DNA of 64,000 nucleotides from Candidatus Omnitrophota bacterium (GCA_043805735.1 JAZDHS010000022.1:38950-102949); one strand, 5' to 3'; shown: positions 38,315-49,943, counted from the stretch's first letter. Made by a program: numbers and translations. The notes: a model not told the origin generated them from the sequence alone.

Positions 38315-39571
38315 CTACGTTCCTATCTCCCAAGACGATAAATATGTCTTCTGTTCTGGCGTAAGCGTATCGATTTTCGTCCCCAGGGATTTTAGTTTTA
38401 AAGCGGCAATCTGCCGGTCTATTTCTAAAGGCACCCGATATACTTTTTTTTCCAAGGTGGTCGAATTACGGCGCACGAATTCACAAGAAAGCGCCTGATT
38501 GGCAAAGCTCATATCCATTACTGATGGCGGATGGCCATCCGCGGAGACTAGATTAATCAAGCGGCCCTCGCCTAAAACGAAAATTCGTTTCCCGCCGCTG
38601 AGCAGATATTCGTCCACATATTCGCGAATCCGTTTTTTATGTTTGGCCATTTTCTCTAAAGCCACCAAGTCAATTTCTACGTTGAAATGTCCGGCATTGG
38701 CTAAAAGCGCGCCGTCTTTCATCCGCTGAAAATGTTCCTTGCGGATGACGCTCGTATCTCCAGATACCGTCACAAAAATATCACCGATTTTCGCCGCATC
38801 CCGAAGAGGCATCACGCTATAGCCGTCCATCACCGCCTCCAGGGCCCGCAGCGGATCAACTTCGCAGACAATCACATTGGCGCCCATGCCTTTGGCGCGC
38901 ATCGCCACACCCCGGCCGCACCAGCCGTAGCCGCAAACCACAAAAGACGTTCCGGCTAAGAGCTTATTCGTAGCGCGGATAATCCCATCGATGGTAGACT
39001 GGCCGGTGCCATAGCGATTGTCAAACAGATGTTTGGTATCGGCATCATTGACCGCGATAATCGGAAAAAGCAATAACCCTTTCTTCTCCAGGCTACGCAA
39101 TCTGATTACCCCCGTGGTCGTCTCTTCCGTGCCGGCAAGTACGGTGCGCGCGAGATCTCGCCGCTGTTTGTGGATTGTCGAAACCAAATCCGCCCCGTCA
39201 TCCATCGTAACATGCGGCTGCATGTCCAGAAGGCGGTTAATATGAGCGTAATACCTCTTATTGTCTTCCCCTTTGATGGCAAAGGTAGCAATACCATAAT
39301 ATTTTACCAGCGCCGCGGCAATATCATCTTGAGTGCTCAAGGGATTGGACGCGCACAGCGCCACCTCGGCCCCGGCGGCCTTGAGCGTAATCATCAGGTT
39401 AGCGGTTTCGCAGGTTACGTGCAGACAACAGGCAACCTTGGTGTTTTTCAACGGTTTTTCCCGGATGAAACGCTCCTTGGTTAATCTCAATACCGGCATA
39501 TCCAGTTCCGCCCATTCGATCCGCAGTTTACCTTTTTGGGCCAAGGCGATATCTTTAATGTCGTATTTCAC
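38315..39571 (-). CDS. ahcY: Adenosylhomocysteinase
   Basis: 418 aa, NAD-binding [11 protein letters not shown] motif. Confidence 0.9.
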   Translation of the reverse strand: MKYDIKDIALAQKGKLRIEWAELDMPVLRLTKERFIREKPLKNTKVACCLHVTCETANLMITLKAAGAEVALCASNPLSTQDDIAAALVKYYGIATFAIKGEDNKRYYAHINRLLDMQPHVTMDDGADLVSTIHKQRRDLARTVLAGTEETTTGVIRLRSLEKKGLLLFPIIAVNDADTKHLFDNRYGTGQSTIDGIIRATNKLLAGTSFVVCGYGWCGRGVAMRAKGMGANVIVCEVDPLRALEAVMDGYSVMPLRDAAKIGDIFVTVSGDTSVIRKEHFQRMKDGALLANAGHFNVEIDLVALEKMAKHKKRIREYVDEYLLSGGKRIFVLGEGRLINLVSADGHPPSVMDMSFANQALSCEFVRRNSTTLEKKVYRVPLEIDRQIAALKLKSLGTKIDTLTPEQKTYLSSWEIGT

Positions 39572-39599
39572 GCTTAGCTTTCCTTTCCTCTTCAGGGTT

Positions 39600-40760
39600 T
39601 TAGAGTAGTTTGCGTAACTGGGCTACCTTATCGGTTTTTTCCCAGGTGAAATGCTCATCCTCCCGGCCGAAGTGGCCATAGGCCGCGGTCTTAACATAAA
39701 TCGGCCGCAATAAATCGAGGGCCTCGATAATACCACGCGGCGTAAGAGCGAAGTGCTTGCGCACCTCCGCCGAGATTTTATCTTCGGAGACCTCACCCGT
39801 GCCATAAGTATCGACATACACGGCCAAGGGCTCGGCCTTGCCGATTACATACGCCAGCTGAATGAGGCATTTTTTGGCTAAGCCGGCGGCAACGATATTT
39901 TTGGCAATGTACCTGGCCATATAAGCCGCGGAACGGTCAACCTTGGTCGGGTCTTTACCGCTAAAGGCCCCGCCGCCATGCGAAACCGCGCCACCATAGG
40001 TATCGACGATAATTTTTCTGCCGGTCATCCCGGTATCCGACTGCGGGCCGCCGATCACAAATTTTCCAGTTTCGTTGATATAAAAATTTGTTTCTTTATC
40101 AATCCATTTACCCAATATCGGTTCGGCTACGGCTTGAATAATTTGCTTACGTGCCTTCTCCGTAATGCGTTGTCCGCTATGGTCCAAGACAGCGGGACTA
40201 TGTTGTGCGGCCAAGACCACACTATCTACACGCTTGGGTTTTCCGTTTTTATATTCAACGCAGACCTGCGATTTTCCATCGGGCCCAAGAAAATCAAGAA
40301 TCGCTTTCCGGCGCACCTCGGCCAGGCGCATACTCAGTTTATGCGCCAGCATGATCGGCAGCGGCATCAGCTCCGGCGTTTCGTCGCAGGCATAACCAAT
40401 CATGATCCCCTGGTCACCCGCCCCGCCCCGATTTACACCCTGGGCAATATCCGGCGACTGGGAGTGGATCGCGTTGAGGATAGCGCAGGACTCATAGTCA
40501 AAACCAAAATGCGCCGACGTATAGCCAATCTCCTTAATCAACTTGCGGACTATTTTATGGACATCCACATAGGCATTGGTGGTAATTTCCCCGCCTACTA
40601 TAACCAAGCCCATGCTGACAAAAGTTTCGCAGGCCACGCGGCCATTCTTATCCTGGCGCATCACCTCATCCAAAACTGAATCCGAAATTTGGTCGCTGAC
40701 TTTATCGGGATGGCCCTCGGTTACCGATTCTGAAGTTAACAGCCGTTTTTCCTTAGACAT
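39600..40760 (-). CDS. metK: S-adenosylmethionine synthetase
   Basis: 386 aa, [18 protein letters not shown] motif. Confidence 0.9.
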   Translation of the reverse strand: MSKEKRLLTSESVTEGHPDKVSDQISDSVLDEVMRQDKNGRVACETFVSMGLVIVGGEITTNAYVDVHKIVRKLIKEIGYTSAHFGFDYESCAILNAIHSQSPDIAQGVNRGGAGDQGIMIGYACDETPELMPLPIMLAHKLSMRLAEVRRKAILDFLGPDGKSQVCVEYKNGKPKRVDSVVLAAQHSPAVLDHSGQRITEKARKQIIQAVAEPILGKWIDKETNFYINETGKFVIGGPQSDTGMTGRKIIVDTYGGAVSHGGGAFSGKDPTKVDRSAAYMARYIAKNIVAAGLAKKCLIQLAYVIGKAEPLAVYVDTYGTGEVSEDKISAEVRKHFALTPRGIIEALDLLRPIYVKTAAYGHFGREDEHFTWEKTDKVAQLRKLL

Positions 40761-40763
40761 TGA

Positions 40764-41649
<886 letters not shown>

Positions 41650-41652
<3 letters not shown>

Positions 41653-42720
41653 CCTTCGCTCCTTGAGCTGTTTTTTAAGATAGTCTATTCTTTCCACTGG
41701 CAGCGGATCTTCTTCATTCAACAGGGCTAAATAGTAACTGACAAAATCGCCTTTATAAATAAGCGAAAACATCCGGGCCAAAAGCCCATCGCCGCGCGAC
41801 CAGATTTCCTTAAGCGTAATCGATTCTTTCTGCAGAAGTTCGCGAGTAATGTCGATGCGTTTTTTCACCTGTGGGTGTTCGCCGGGATCGCGTAAAAAAA
41901 CCACCACAAAGCGTTCGAGTGCCGAGCGCGGATGGCGCCAGCCGACAATCTCATTATGCGTCATTTCCGGAAAAACATGCGTCGAAGAAAGCATTTTACT
42001 GTTTTCGGCCAGCTGCTGCCTCCAGCGCGTGGCCACCGCAGAAAAATGTTCATCCGCCGCGTAAATCACACAATAGTGGTCTTTGAGCCGATGAGCCAGG
42101 GTCTTGGCGGGATTCCTTTCGCTGGGTACGGCCACGCCGAAGGCTTCTTTTTCCAGCTTTTTTAAAAGCTTCACCGTCTCCCGCACTTCCTGTTCCTTAT
42201 TTTTTATCAGGCCGATGTTAGCAAAAATGGCCAGCAGCGGAAGCGATAGAAAAGCTAAGGCCGAACGCGGCGGATACCCTTGCGGCAAGAGCACACAGAG
42301 ATCGCCATTTTTTTTTGCCGCTTCAGCCAGTTCGCCCCCGCAAGTCAGGGCAATAATCTTCGCCTTTTTGCTGCGTGCCTGCTGGTAGGCGCCCAGCACC
42401 TCTTCGGTATTTCCCGAATAGCTCATTAGAATCGCCAGCGTCTCTTTACCGACATATCCCGGCAGCGTATAATCGCGGTTAACCGCGAGCGGAATACGCA
42501 GATCTTTGCGCAAATACCCGCTCATTATTTCCGCGCCGATCGCCGAACCGCCCATGCCGCAGCACACGCTATTGCGCACCTTGGCCAAAGCACGGCCCGG
42601 TGAAACATGTTTACCTAAAGCAAAGGCCTGGGTGCACTGTTGCGAAAAGGCGCCGATAATCTCGCGCATCTTCAAGCGGTCAATCCGCTCAATATATCGG
42701 GGATCATCCAGAGAACGCAC
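41650..42720 (-). CDS. Bifunctional phosphoglucose/phosphomannose isomerase (SIS domain). Its TGA stop is supplied by repeat copy D.
   Basis: 356 aa, SIS domain motifs (SYSGNTEE). Confidence 0.7.
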
Positions 42721-42722
42721 GG

Positions 42723-44468
42723 TTATGGGATTATCTCCTTCATTTTTTTCTTGGCAAACTCTTCCACTTCCCGGCCCGTAGTCAGGGTGAGCGCCTGGTT
42801 AGCGATTTCCTGAGCCTGCTTAAGCGATATCAGACGAATGATCTGTTTAATTCCCGGAACCGCCGCCGGGGAAACGCTGAATTCATCCAGGCCAAAACCT
42901 AACAGTAAAACCGCGAACGCCGGTTCGGAAGCCATTTCTCCGCACATCCCCACCCAGATATTTTCCTTATGCCCGCAGTCAATAACATTTTTGATCAAAC
43001 GCAATACCGCCGGGTGTGTCGGTTCATATAAATAGGCGATTTTTTCATTGACCCGATCCACGGCAATCGAATACTGGATTAAGTCATTGGTACCAATGCT
43101 AAAGAAATCAGCTTCTTTCGCCAGTATATCGCTGGTCAGGGCGGCGGAAGGAATTTCGATCATTGCCCCCACTTCCAAATCTTCATCAAAGGCAATCTTT
43201 TGCCGGCGTAAATCTTCCCTGACTTCTTCTAACATCTGATTGGCTTTACGCAATTCCTCGATCCCGGAGATCATCGGATACATCAGTTTCAAATCTCCGT
43301 ACGCTGAGGCCCTTAAGGCCGCCCGTAGCTGCACCTTAAACACATCGGGCCGGGCCAGGCAAAAGCGGATCGCCCGCCAGCCAAGGTAGGGGTTCATCTC
43401 ATGCGGAATGTGCAGCTGGGAGAGAAATTTATCGCCGCCTAAATCGAGCGTTCGGACAACTACCGAATGAGGCTTGACCTGCTGCAGCACTTTCTTATAG
43501 GCCTCAAATTGCTCATCTTCTCCCGGTAAATCGGCCCGGTTCATATAGAAATACTCCGTCCTGTACAAACCTACCCCGCACGCCCCGTGAGCAATGACCG
43601 AAGGAACCTCATTGGGCAATTCGATGTTCGCCGCTAATTTCAGTTCGTAACCATCGGTCGTCGTCGCCGGTAAATCGCGCAACTTGAACAAAGTTTTTAC
43701 CGAGCGGGTTAGCTGTTCACCCTGCTGTTTGTATTTTGCCAGGATCGCCTTATCCGGGTTAATCCAGACTTCTCCCGACGCGCCGTCAACGATGAGGACA
43801 TCGCCGGTAATAATTTTGGCCGTGGCATCTTCCAAACCCACCACTGCCGGAATTTCCAGGGCCTTGGCCATGATCGCGGTATGCGAGGTCTTACCGCCGA
43901 TATCAGTAATAAAACCAATAACCTTATCCTTGTGCATTGAGGCCGTATCCGAAGGCGAAAGGTCATAGGCAACAATAATCAGTTTTTCTTTGAGGCTACT
44001 TAATAACTCGCGCCGGACACCGCGTAGATTACGTAAAATGCGCCGGCCGACGTCTTCAATATCACTTAAGCGTTCGCGCAAATAGGTGTCGTCGATATGC
44101 GCAAAGGTATTAATATATTTATTCAGCACCTGCAGAAAAACATACTCAATACAGAGCTTTTCCTTCTTCAAGCGGGTAATTACCCCTTCGATCAAGGTCC
44201 GATCTTCGAGAACCAAAAGGTGGGCGTTAAAAATTTGGGCATGGCGCACGCCCATTTCCTTGGAAATCTTTTTCTGGATATCCAGGATTTCCTCGCGCGT
44301 CTTCATCAAGGCTTCTTCAAAGCGGGTAATCTCTTTAGGGATTTGCGCCTCAGTGATAGGCTCTTTATCCACTTCCATCGATTCACTGCCTAAGACAAAG
44401 GCCTGGCCAATTACCAATCCCGGAGCCGCCGGTATGCCCTTTATGTGCAGATTCTGCTTTTTGGTCAT
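42723..44468 (-). CDS. ptsI: Phosphoenolpyruvate-protein phosphotransferase (PTS enzyme I)
   Basis: 581 aa, GGKTSHTAIMAKALEIPAVVG phosphohistidine region. Confidence 0.9.
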   Translation of the reverse strand: MTKKQNLHIKGIPAAPGLVIGQAFVLGSESMEVDKEPITEAQIPKEITRFEEALMKTREEILDIQKKISKEMGVRHAQIFNAHLLVLEDRTLIEGVITRLKKEKLCIEYVFLQVLNKYINTFAHIDDTYLRERLSDIEDVGRRILRNLRGVRRELLSSLKEKLIIVAYDLSPSDTASMHKDKVIGFITDIGGKTSHTAIMAKALEIPAVVGLEDATAKIITGDVLIVDGASGEVWINPDKAILAKYKQQGEQLTRSVKTLFKLRDLPATTTDGYELKLAANIELPNEVPSVIAHGACGVGLYRTEYFYMNRADLPGEDEQFEAYKKVLQQVKPHSVVVRTLDLGGDKFLSQLHIPHEMNPYLGWRAIRFCLARPDVFKVQLRAALRASAYGDLKLMYPMISGIEELRKANQMLEEVREDLRRQKIAFDEDLEVGAMIEIPSAALTSDILAKEADFFSIGTNDLIQYSIAVDRVNEKIAYLYEPTHPAVLRLIKNVIDCGHKENIWVGMCGEMASEPAFAVLLLGFGLDEFSVSPAAVPGIKQIIRLISLKQAQEIANQALTLTTGREVEEFAKKKMKEIIP

Positions 44469-44743
44469 TCTTCGCTCATTACTAATTTGGACAATTCTTC
44501 CACTGCCTGTTGGGCATCCTCGCCCTTGGCAATAATATAAATTTTACTCCCCTGAGTAGCCGCCAGCATCATAATCCCCATAATTGATTTGCCGTTTACT
44601 TCCTCGTCATCCTTTTGCACGGTAATCTCGGCCTCAAATTTATTAGCCAGCTGGACAAATAATGCCGCCGGCCGCGCATGCAGGCCCATCTTATTGCGCA
44701 CAATCATCTCTTTTCGAACCACCGCCGGATTAAAGTTGTTCAT
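44465..44743 (-). CDS. ptsH: Phosphocarrier protein HPr
   Basis: 92 aa, GLHARPA active-site His15 region. Confidence 0.85.
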   Translation of the reverse strand: MNNFNPAVVRKEMIVRNKMGLHARPAALFVQLANKFEAEITVQKDDEEVNGKSIMGIMMLAATQGSKIYIIAKGEDAQQAVEELSKLVMSEE

Positions 44744-45965
44744 AGGTTTTGGTATTGAGTAAATCTAAAATAATTTTGGTTAATTTTTGTGAGTCGTGGC
44801 GTACATAATCCAGGGCGTTGACTAAATTATCCTTAATCACGCTAAAGCCCATCTCCTGGACTTTATCGGTATCCGCAAGAACCGGATAGGCATCCTCCAA
44901 CTTGTATTTTTCCAGAAATTCAGCCGGTATTTCCGCGGCGTTGAGGATACAGTAATTAAACACCTTGGATTTGGCGTGCGCAACAATCGCCTCCACATGG
45001 TCAGAGGCGCGATAATTATCGGTTTCGCCGCTTTGGGTCATAATATTGCAAATATAGACTTTGATTGCCGGTGATCCTAAAATAGCCTTAGTGATATCTT
45101 CGATCAGTAAATTGGGAATAATGCTGGTATAGAGCGATCCCGGACCGAAAATAATTATTTCGGCCCGGCTAATCGCGTTAATTGCCTCGGGAGTAGCCAG
45201 ACATTTTTTTTGATTGAGAGAAATCCGGTGAATTTGCTTCTTTTCGCGGGCAATTTTACTTTCTCCCAAGACCTTAGACCCGTCTTCATATTCGGCAATC
45301 AGCCTGACCTCTTGCAGCGTTGAGGGAATCACCTGCCCGCGAATTGCCAAAACCTTACTCGATTCCTTCACCGCGCGTTCAAAATCTCCGGTGACCTTGG
45401 TCATCGCGGTAATAAAGAGGTTACCGAAGCTGTGCCCGTCAAGCTCAGCCTTGCCCCCGAAACGAAACTGGAACAAATTTCGCATCAAAGGCTCGGTATC
45501 GGCCAGGGCTACCAAGCAGTTACGAATATCGCCGGGGGCCACCAGGCCAAATTGTTCTCGTAAACGCCCGGAGCTACCGCCTTCATCGGCAACGGTAACA
45601 ACGGCCGTAATATTACTGGTATATTCTTTTAGGCCCACCAAAAGCGTGGATAACCCCGTCCCCCCGCCAATCGCCACAATCCGCGGGCCCTTGGCCAACT
45701 GTCTTTTGCGATAAATCATATCGAGGATTTTTCCGTCTTCCCGGGGTAAAAAGGCATAGAGAAAAGATTTTACTGTCCTTTCCAAACCGACAAAAATAAT
45801 AATCACACCCAGAAAAAGACTAAAACCTCCCAGGACGCGCACTCCGACATAATCGGGATTGATCAAATCGATTGAGCCGACGGATACCATAGCAATGCCC
45901 AGCACGCACATCAATACCCAGCGCTTAATCTTAATCCCCGGATAGAGCCACTTAAATCTTTCCAT
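44730..45965 (-). CDS. yvcK: Gluconeogenesis factor YvcK/UPF0052 (CofD-like) with N-terminal TM helices
   Basis: 411 aa, IVAIGGGTGLSTLL...TVADEGGSSGRLR motifs. Confidence 0.8.
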   Translation of the reverse strand: MERFKWLYPGIKIKRWVLMCVLGIAMVSVGSIDLINPDYVGVRVLGGFSLFLGVIIIFVGLERTVKSFLYAFLPREDGKILDMIYRKRQLAKGPRIVAIGGGTGLSTLLVGLKEYTSNITAVVTVADEGGSSGRLREQFGLVAPGDIRNCLVALADTEPLMRNLFQFRFGGKAELDGHSFGNLFITAMTKVTGDFERAVKESSKVLAIRGQVIPSTLQEVRLIAEYEDGSKVLGESKIAREKKQIHRISLNQKKCLATPEAINAISRAEIIIFGPGSLYTSIIPNLLIEDITKAILGSPAIKVYICNIMTQSGETDNYRASDHVEAIVAHAKSKVFNYCILNAAEIPAEFLEKYKLEDAYPVLADTDKVQEMGFSVIKDNLVNALDYVRHDSQKLTKIILDLLNTKTYEQL

Positions 45966-45990
45966 GATCCTAAGTAAAGAGCCTTTGGCC

Positions 45991-46457
45991 TTATTTTTTC
46001 AGATCTTCTTGCTTGATGATTTTAACAAGCGTTTTATCGTCTAGGGCAGCTCGAAGTGTTTCACGAAAATACTTGTCTTTTAAAAGCCGGGAAACCCTCG
46101 CCAGGGCCTTCAGGTGCGGTCCAGCCGAATCCTCCGGGGCTAGAAGTAAGAAAAAGATATATACCTTTTCTCCGTCTAGAGATTCAAAATCCACGCCTTT
46201 ATGCGAAATGCCACAGGCGCCGATAAGTTTATTCACTCCGGGATACTTGCCGTGAGGAATACCGATTCCCTGGCCAATTCCGGTTGAACCCAGGGCCTCA
46301 CGTTCGAGCAGCACCTTAATTACCTTATCTTTATCTTTAGCCTTGATTTCGTCCGCAGCGATCAAAAGATCGACGAGTTCACGAATGGCCTCCTTTTTAT
46401 CAGTGGACTCGATATTCGCACTTACGGCTACGGGGTTGAGAAATTCCATAATCTTCA
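45991..46457 (-). CDS. ptsN: PTS EIIA type-2 (EIIA-Ntr/PtsN-like). The ORF track extends to 46560, but that N-terminal extension overlaps tRNA-Gly; a start at MKIMEF with an upstream AAGGAG RBS is preferred.
   Basis: GSTGIGQGIGIPHGK phosphorylation-site motif. Confidence 0.75.
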
Positions 46458-46515
46458 TTCTTTCCTGCTCCTTTCTCCGTCCTCTCTTATAGCCAAAAGA
46501 TCCTCTTAAAATCAA

Positions 46516-46591
46516 TGGAGCGGGCGATGGGGTTCGAACCCACGACAACAACGTTGGCAACGTTGTGCTCTACCAACTGAGCTACGCCCGC
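46516..46591 (-). tRNA. tRNA-Gly (anticodon GCC), CCA encoded
   Basis: Manual fold: acceptor GCGGGCG/CGCCCGC, D-arm GCTC-AGTTGGTA-GAGC, anticodon loop TTGCCAA, T-loop TTCGAAC. Confidence 0.85.
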
Positions 46592-46615
46592 TGGTTTAGT
46601 TTATGCTTTAGAATA

Positions 46616-46700
46616 TGGTGCGGACGAAGGGAGTTGAACCCCCACGGGTTTCCCCACAAGATCCTAAGTCTTGCGCGTCTGCCAATTCCGCCACGTCCGC
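46616..46700 (-). tRNA. tRNA-Leu (anticodon TAG), long variable arm, CCA encoded
   Basis: Manual fold: acceptor GCGGACG/CGTCCGC, anticodon stem CAAGA/TCTTG with loop CTTAGGA, 85 nt. Confidence 0.75.
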
Positions 46701-46717
46701 CCGCCTTCTTCTTACCG

Positions 46718-46793
46718 TGGTACCCCCACAAGGATTCGAACCTTGGACCTTGTCCTTAAGAGGGACCTGCTCTGCCAACTGAGCTATGGGGGC
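46718..46793 (-). tRNA. tRNA-Lys (anticodon CTT), CCA encoded
   Basis: Manual fold: acceptor GCCCCCA, D-arm GCTC-AGTTGGCA-GAGC, anticodon loop CTCTTAA, T-arm CAAGG-TTCGAAT-CCTTG. Confidence 0.8.
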
Positions 46794-46824
46794 TCCTGCT
46801 ATATGCTAATAAGGTGGATAATTA

Positions 46825-46853
46825 TAACATAAAGAGAAAAGCTGGTCAATTAA
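46825..46853 (-). promoter_or_regulatory. Sigma70-type promoter (TTGACC-17-TATAAT) ~25 nt upstream of tRNA-Lys; probable promoter of the Lys-Leu-Gly tRNA operon
   Basis: TTGACCAGCTTTTCTCTTTATGTTATAAT on the minus strand. Confidence 0.6.
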
Positions 46854-46929
46854 AATGGTGTTCAGCGAATCCTAACCGGCCAAAAATTTCCTCACCACAA
46901 GACGGTTCGGAAATTTCTTGGCCAGGATT

Positions 46930-46980
46930 CGATGTAAAATTAAAAAGCACCACTACATATGATAAAAGAGCTTTTTAATT
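46930..46980 (-). terminator. Hairpin TTAAAAAGC-N21-GCTTTTTAA followed by a T-rich tract, immediately 3' of tRNA-Arg
   Basis: 9-bp inverted repeat. Confidence 0.45.
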
Positions 46981-46983
46981 TTA

Positions 46984-47060
46984 TGGCGCGCTCGGCAGGA
47001 CTCGAACCTGCGACCAACTGGTTCGAAGCCAGCTACTCTATCCAACTGAGCTACGAGCGC
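46984..47060 (-). tRNA. tRNA-Arg (anticodon TCG), CCA encoded
   Basis: Manual fold: acceptor GCGCTCG/CGAGCGC, anticodon stem-loop GCTGG-CTTCGAA-CCAGT, T-arm GCAGG-TTCGAGT-CCTGC. Confidence 0.8.
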
Positions 47061-47152
47061 ACCCAATAGCGTCATTTATAAAGTGTTATTATAGCTTAAG
47101 TTCCCCCGCTTGTCCACCTTCTTAGACCTTTCATTATTATGGAATGATGAAA

Positions 47153-47210
47153 GTCTACCCTTTAGGGTTAGACCCCTGCTTAAAGCTAGGGTTTACCCTT
47201 TAGGGTTATC
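47153..47210. repeat. Two tandem copies of the GTCTACCCTTTAGGGTTAGAC-type palindrome, spanning the stop codon of the M48 peptidase gene (encodes ...ITLKGKP*)
   Basis: Direct sequence match to the 28290 and 53415 copies. An adjacent hairpin CTTTCAT-N12-ATGAAAG lies at ~47127-47152. Confidence 0.6.
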
Positions 47211-48430
47211 GCCTGGATTCTTGCCAATACCGGGGGATGGCTGTAGTCAAATAGTACTTTTAAGCGATGTGGTGTAAGGTTGGATAAATTAGCGACGGTC
47301 AGTTTTTTCAGGGCCTCAATAAAGGCATCGGGCCGGAAATAGGTTTTCGCGACGTAGGCATCGGCCTCATATTCGTGCCGGCGGGAGGAGGCCTGGCCGA
47401 TTAAAGAAAACAGTAGATTCAAGGGGCTATAAAGAAAGCTGAAAAAGAAAAGGCTGGCATAAACAGAAATATGCGCCATGCCAAAGGCGGCAAAGAGCTT
47501 GGGGCTATTCATGAATAACGAGAGAATAAAAAACATCACTCCGTTGGTAGCCACGGAAAAGGCCAGTTGTTTAAGCAGGTGCCTTTTTTTGCAATGCCCC
47601 ACTTCGTGGGCAAGCACAGCGACTAATTCCTCCACGCTGTGCTTAGCGATGAGCGTATCAAACAAGGCAATTCTTTTGGACTTGCCAATCCCGGTAAAAA
47701 AGGCATTGGTTTTTGCCGACCGCCGGGAGGCGTCGATGCTAAAAATACCCTTAATTTTATACTCTTCCTTACGGGCATAGTTTTCGATAGCCTCTTTGAG
47801 CTCGCCCTCGGGCAAAGGGGTAAATTTATTAAACAGCGGCAAAATCACTAACGGGCCGATAAACAAAACAAAAACTTGAAACACGCTCGCCGCAATCCAG
47901 CAATAGATCCAGGCCTTTTGCCCAGACCAGTTGAAAAACCACAACACTAGTGAAAAGATGATTGCCCCGAGCACGCTGCTGACTAATAATCCTTTAACGA
48001 CATCGAGAATGAAAGTTTTTACGCTGGAGCGGTTGAAACCAAACTTCTCCTCAATTACGAATGTATGATATGCGGTAAAAAGAATATTTATCAGTTGGCC
48101 AAGCACAAGCAGCGCTCCGGCAAAGAGTAATCCGGTCAATACCGGCCCGTAGCCGGCTCCCCGGGCCAGGCGGTCCACTATATTGAATCCACCGCTTAGA
48201 ATAAAGACAATCAGCGCAGCAGTGTAGAAAGTATTTTTAACCAGCGCAAAACGGGTGTTTTGCCTTAAATACTGCTGCGACTTTTTGTACTGCGCGACAT
48301 CATAATACCCGATAAATTCCTCTGGCAGTTCGGGTGATGCCGCACGAATGTTTAAACTCTCAACGAATAAATTCAAAATATATTCGGTAATTAAGATGCC
48401 CAAAACAAAGACAAGATAGATATTCAGCAT
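47186..48430 (-). CDS. M48-family (Ste24/HtpX-like) zinc metallopeptidase with N-terminal multi-TM region. The last codons and stop lie in a palindromic repeat.
   Basis: 414 aa, HEVGH zinc motif. Confidence 0.75.
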   Translation of the reverse strand: MLNIYLVFVLGILITEYILNLFVESLNIRAASPELPEEFIGYYDVAQYKKSQQYLRQNTRFALVKNTFYTAALIVFILSGGFNIVDRLARGAGYGPVLTGLLFAGALLVLGQLINILFTAYHTFVIEEKFGFNRSSVKTFILDVVKGLLVSSVLGAIIFSLVLWFFNWSGQKAWIYCWIAASVFQVFVLFIGPLVILPLFNKFTPLPEGELKEAIENYARKEEYKIKGIFSIDASRRSAKTNAFFTGIGKSKRIALFDTLIAKHSVEELVAVLAHEVGHCKKRHLLKQLAFSVATNGVMFFILSLFMNSPKLFAAFGMAHISVYASLFFFSFLYSPLNLLFSLIGQASSRRHEYEADAYVAKTYFRPDAFIEALKKLTVANLSNLTPHRLKVLFDYSHPPVLARIQAITLKGKP

Positions 48431-48449
48431 AACTATAACTCGCTTATAT

Positions 48450-48508
48450 AAAAAACGTAAAAGAAAAAAGCAGGCAGCCCCAAGAACTTCTCTTGAGGCT
48501 GCCTGCGC
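48450..48508 (-). terminator. Rho-independent terminator after the TrpB2 gene: GCAGGCAGCC-loop-GGCTGCCTGC followed by TTTTTTCTTTTACGTTTTTT
   Basis: 10-bp GC-rich stem plus U-tract on the minus strand. Confidence 0.8.
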
Positions 48509-48532
48509 AAATGCTTAAACGGCATGATGCGT

Positions 48533-49912
48533 CTACGCACTCCGCTTCGGTTTAGGATAATTCTTCAGGCATTCTAGCGACTTCTTCAGATCCGCTTCCG
48601 GAAGCCGGTAATCAGTTAATTTGCCGTCGAGGAAGTTACTGTACCCGGCCAGGTCCATTAAACCATGGCCGCTGTAACTAAACAGGATTACTTTTTCTTT
48701 ACCTTCTTTTTTCGCCTTTTCCGCTTCTTCGATGACACAGGCAATGGCATGGCTCGTTTCCGGAGCGCAGATCGCGCCTTCCGTCCTGGCCCAGAGCATG
48801 GCCGACTCATAACATTTGACTTGGTCATAGGCCCGAGGCGTAATCAGTTTATCGACGATCGCGGCGCAAACAAGAGGCGCCATGCCATGGTAGCGTAAAC
48901 CGCCGGCATGAATCGGCGGCGGCACAAAGGCATGGCCCAGCGTGTACATCGCCAGTAGTGGCGTGGTGCAGGCCGTATCACCGAAATCATAGGCAAATTC
49001 GCCGCGGGTCATTGATGGACAGGCCGTGGGTTCAGTAGGAATAATCTCGATTTTGGCGCCATTGATTTTTTCATATATAAAAGGAAAGGCCAGACCGGCA
49101 AAATTACTGCCGCCGCCGGCACAGCCGATGACGATATCGGGCAGTTTCTCGTTGATCAGCGCCAGCTGTTTTTTGGCCTCCAGGCCAATAATGGTCTGGT
49201 GGAGCAAGACATGGTTAAGCACGCTGCCTAAAGAGTAGCGCGTTTTACCGGTCTTGTCGCCCACCGCCTCTTCAATCGCCTCACTGATGGCAATACCTAA
49301 ACTACCTGGCGTATCCGGCATTTTTTTGAGCACTTCCCGGCCAAAACGCGTCTCTTCACTCGGGCTGGCTACGCAATTGGCGCCCCAGACGCGCATCATG
49401 ATTTTACGCGCCGGCTTTTGGTCAAAGCTAATGCGAACCATAAAGACCTTACACTCCAGGCCAACCAGCTTACAGGCAAAGGCTAAAGCGCTGCCCCATT
49501 GTCCGGCGCCGGTTTCGGTAGTCAACTTTTTAATCCCGAATTGTTTATTATACCAGGCCTGGGCAACGGCGGTGTTGGGCTTATGACTGCCTGGTGGGCT
49601 TAAGCTTTCGTCCTTGTAATAAATCCGCGTCGGGGTTTTGAGGTATTGCTCCAAATAGACCGCCCGCCGTAACGGCGCCGGCCGCCAACGATAGAGCATC
49701 TCCAATATCTCCTGCGGAATGTCGATCCAACGCTTCTGGCTTACTTCCTGTTCAATCAGGTTCATTGGGAACACCGACGCAAGCATCTCTGGGCCAATTG
49801 GTTTGCCGTCGGGGCCCAGCGGTGGCTGTAATGGCGTCGGTAAGTCCGGGGCCAGGTTATACCATTGCCGGGGTATTTCGGAGTCCGGTAAGAATACTTT
49901 GATTTCTTTCAT
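48533..49912 (-). CDS. TrpB2-type tryptophan synthase beta-subunit-like PLP enzyme (stand-alone)
   Basis: 459 aa, PGSHKPNTA PLP-lysine region, TrpB2-like length. Confidence 0.7.
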   Translation of the reverse strand: MKEIKVFLPDSEIPRQWYNLAPDLPTPLQPPLGPDGKPIGPEMLASVFPMNLIEQEVSQKRWIDIPQEILEMLYRWRPAPLRRAVYLEQYLKTPTRIYYKDESLSPPGSHKPNTAVAQAWYNKQFGIKKLTTETGAGQWGSALAFACKLVGLECKVFMVRISFDQKPARKIMMRVWGANCVASPSEETRFGREVLKKMPDTPGSLGIAISEAIEEAVGDKTGKTRYSLGSVLNHVLLHQTIIGLEAKKQLALINEKLPDIVIGCAGGGSNFAGLAFPFIYEKINGAKIEIIPTEPTACPSMTRGEFAYDFGDTACTTPLLAMYTLGHAFVPPPIHAGGLRYHGMAPLVCAAIVDKLITPRAYDQVKCYESAMLWARTEGAICAPETSHAIACVIEEAEKAKKEGKEKVILFSYSGHGLMDLAGYSNFLDGKLTDYRLPEADLKKSLECLKNYPKPKRSA

Positions 49913-49943
49913 CTGCTCTTTCTCCTTTGTGTTTAGTGGGAAA

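Noticed and set aside
46458-46560. N-terminal 34-aa extension of the ptsN ORF
   Set aside because: It overlaps tRNA-Gly; the internal MKIMEF start has a good AAGGAG RBS, so the extension is an artefact.
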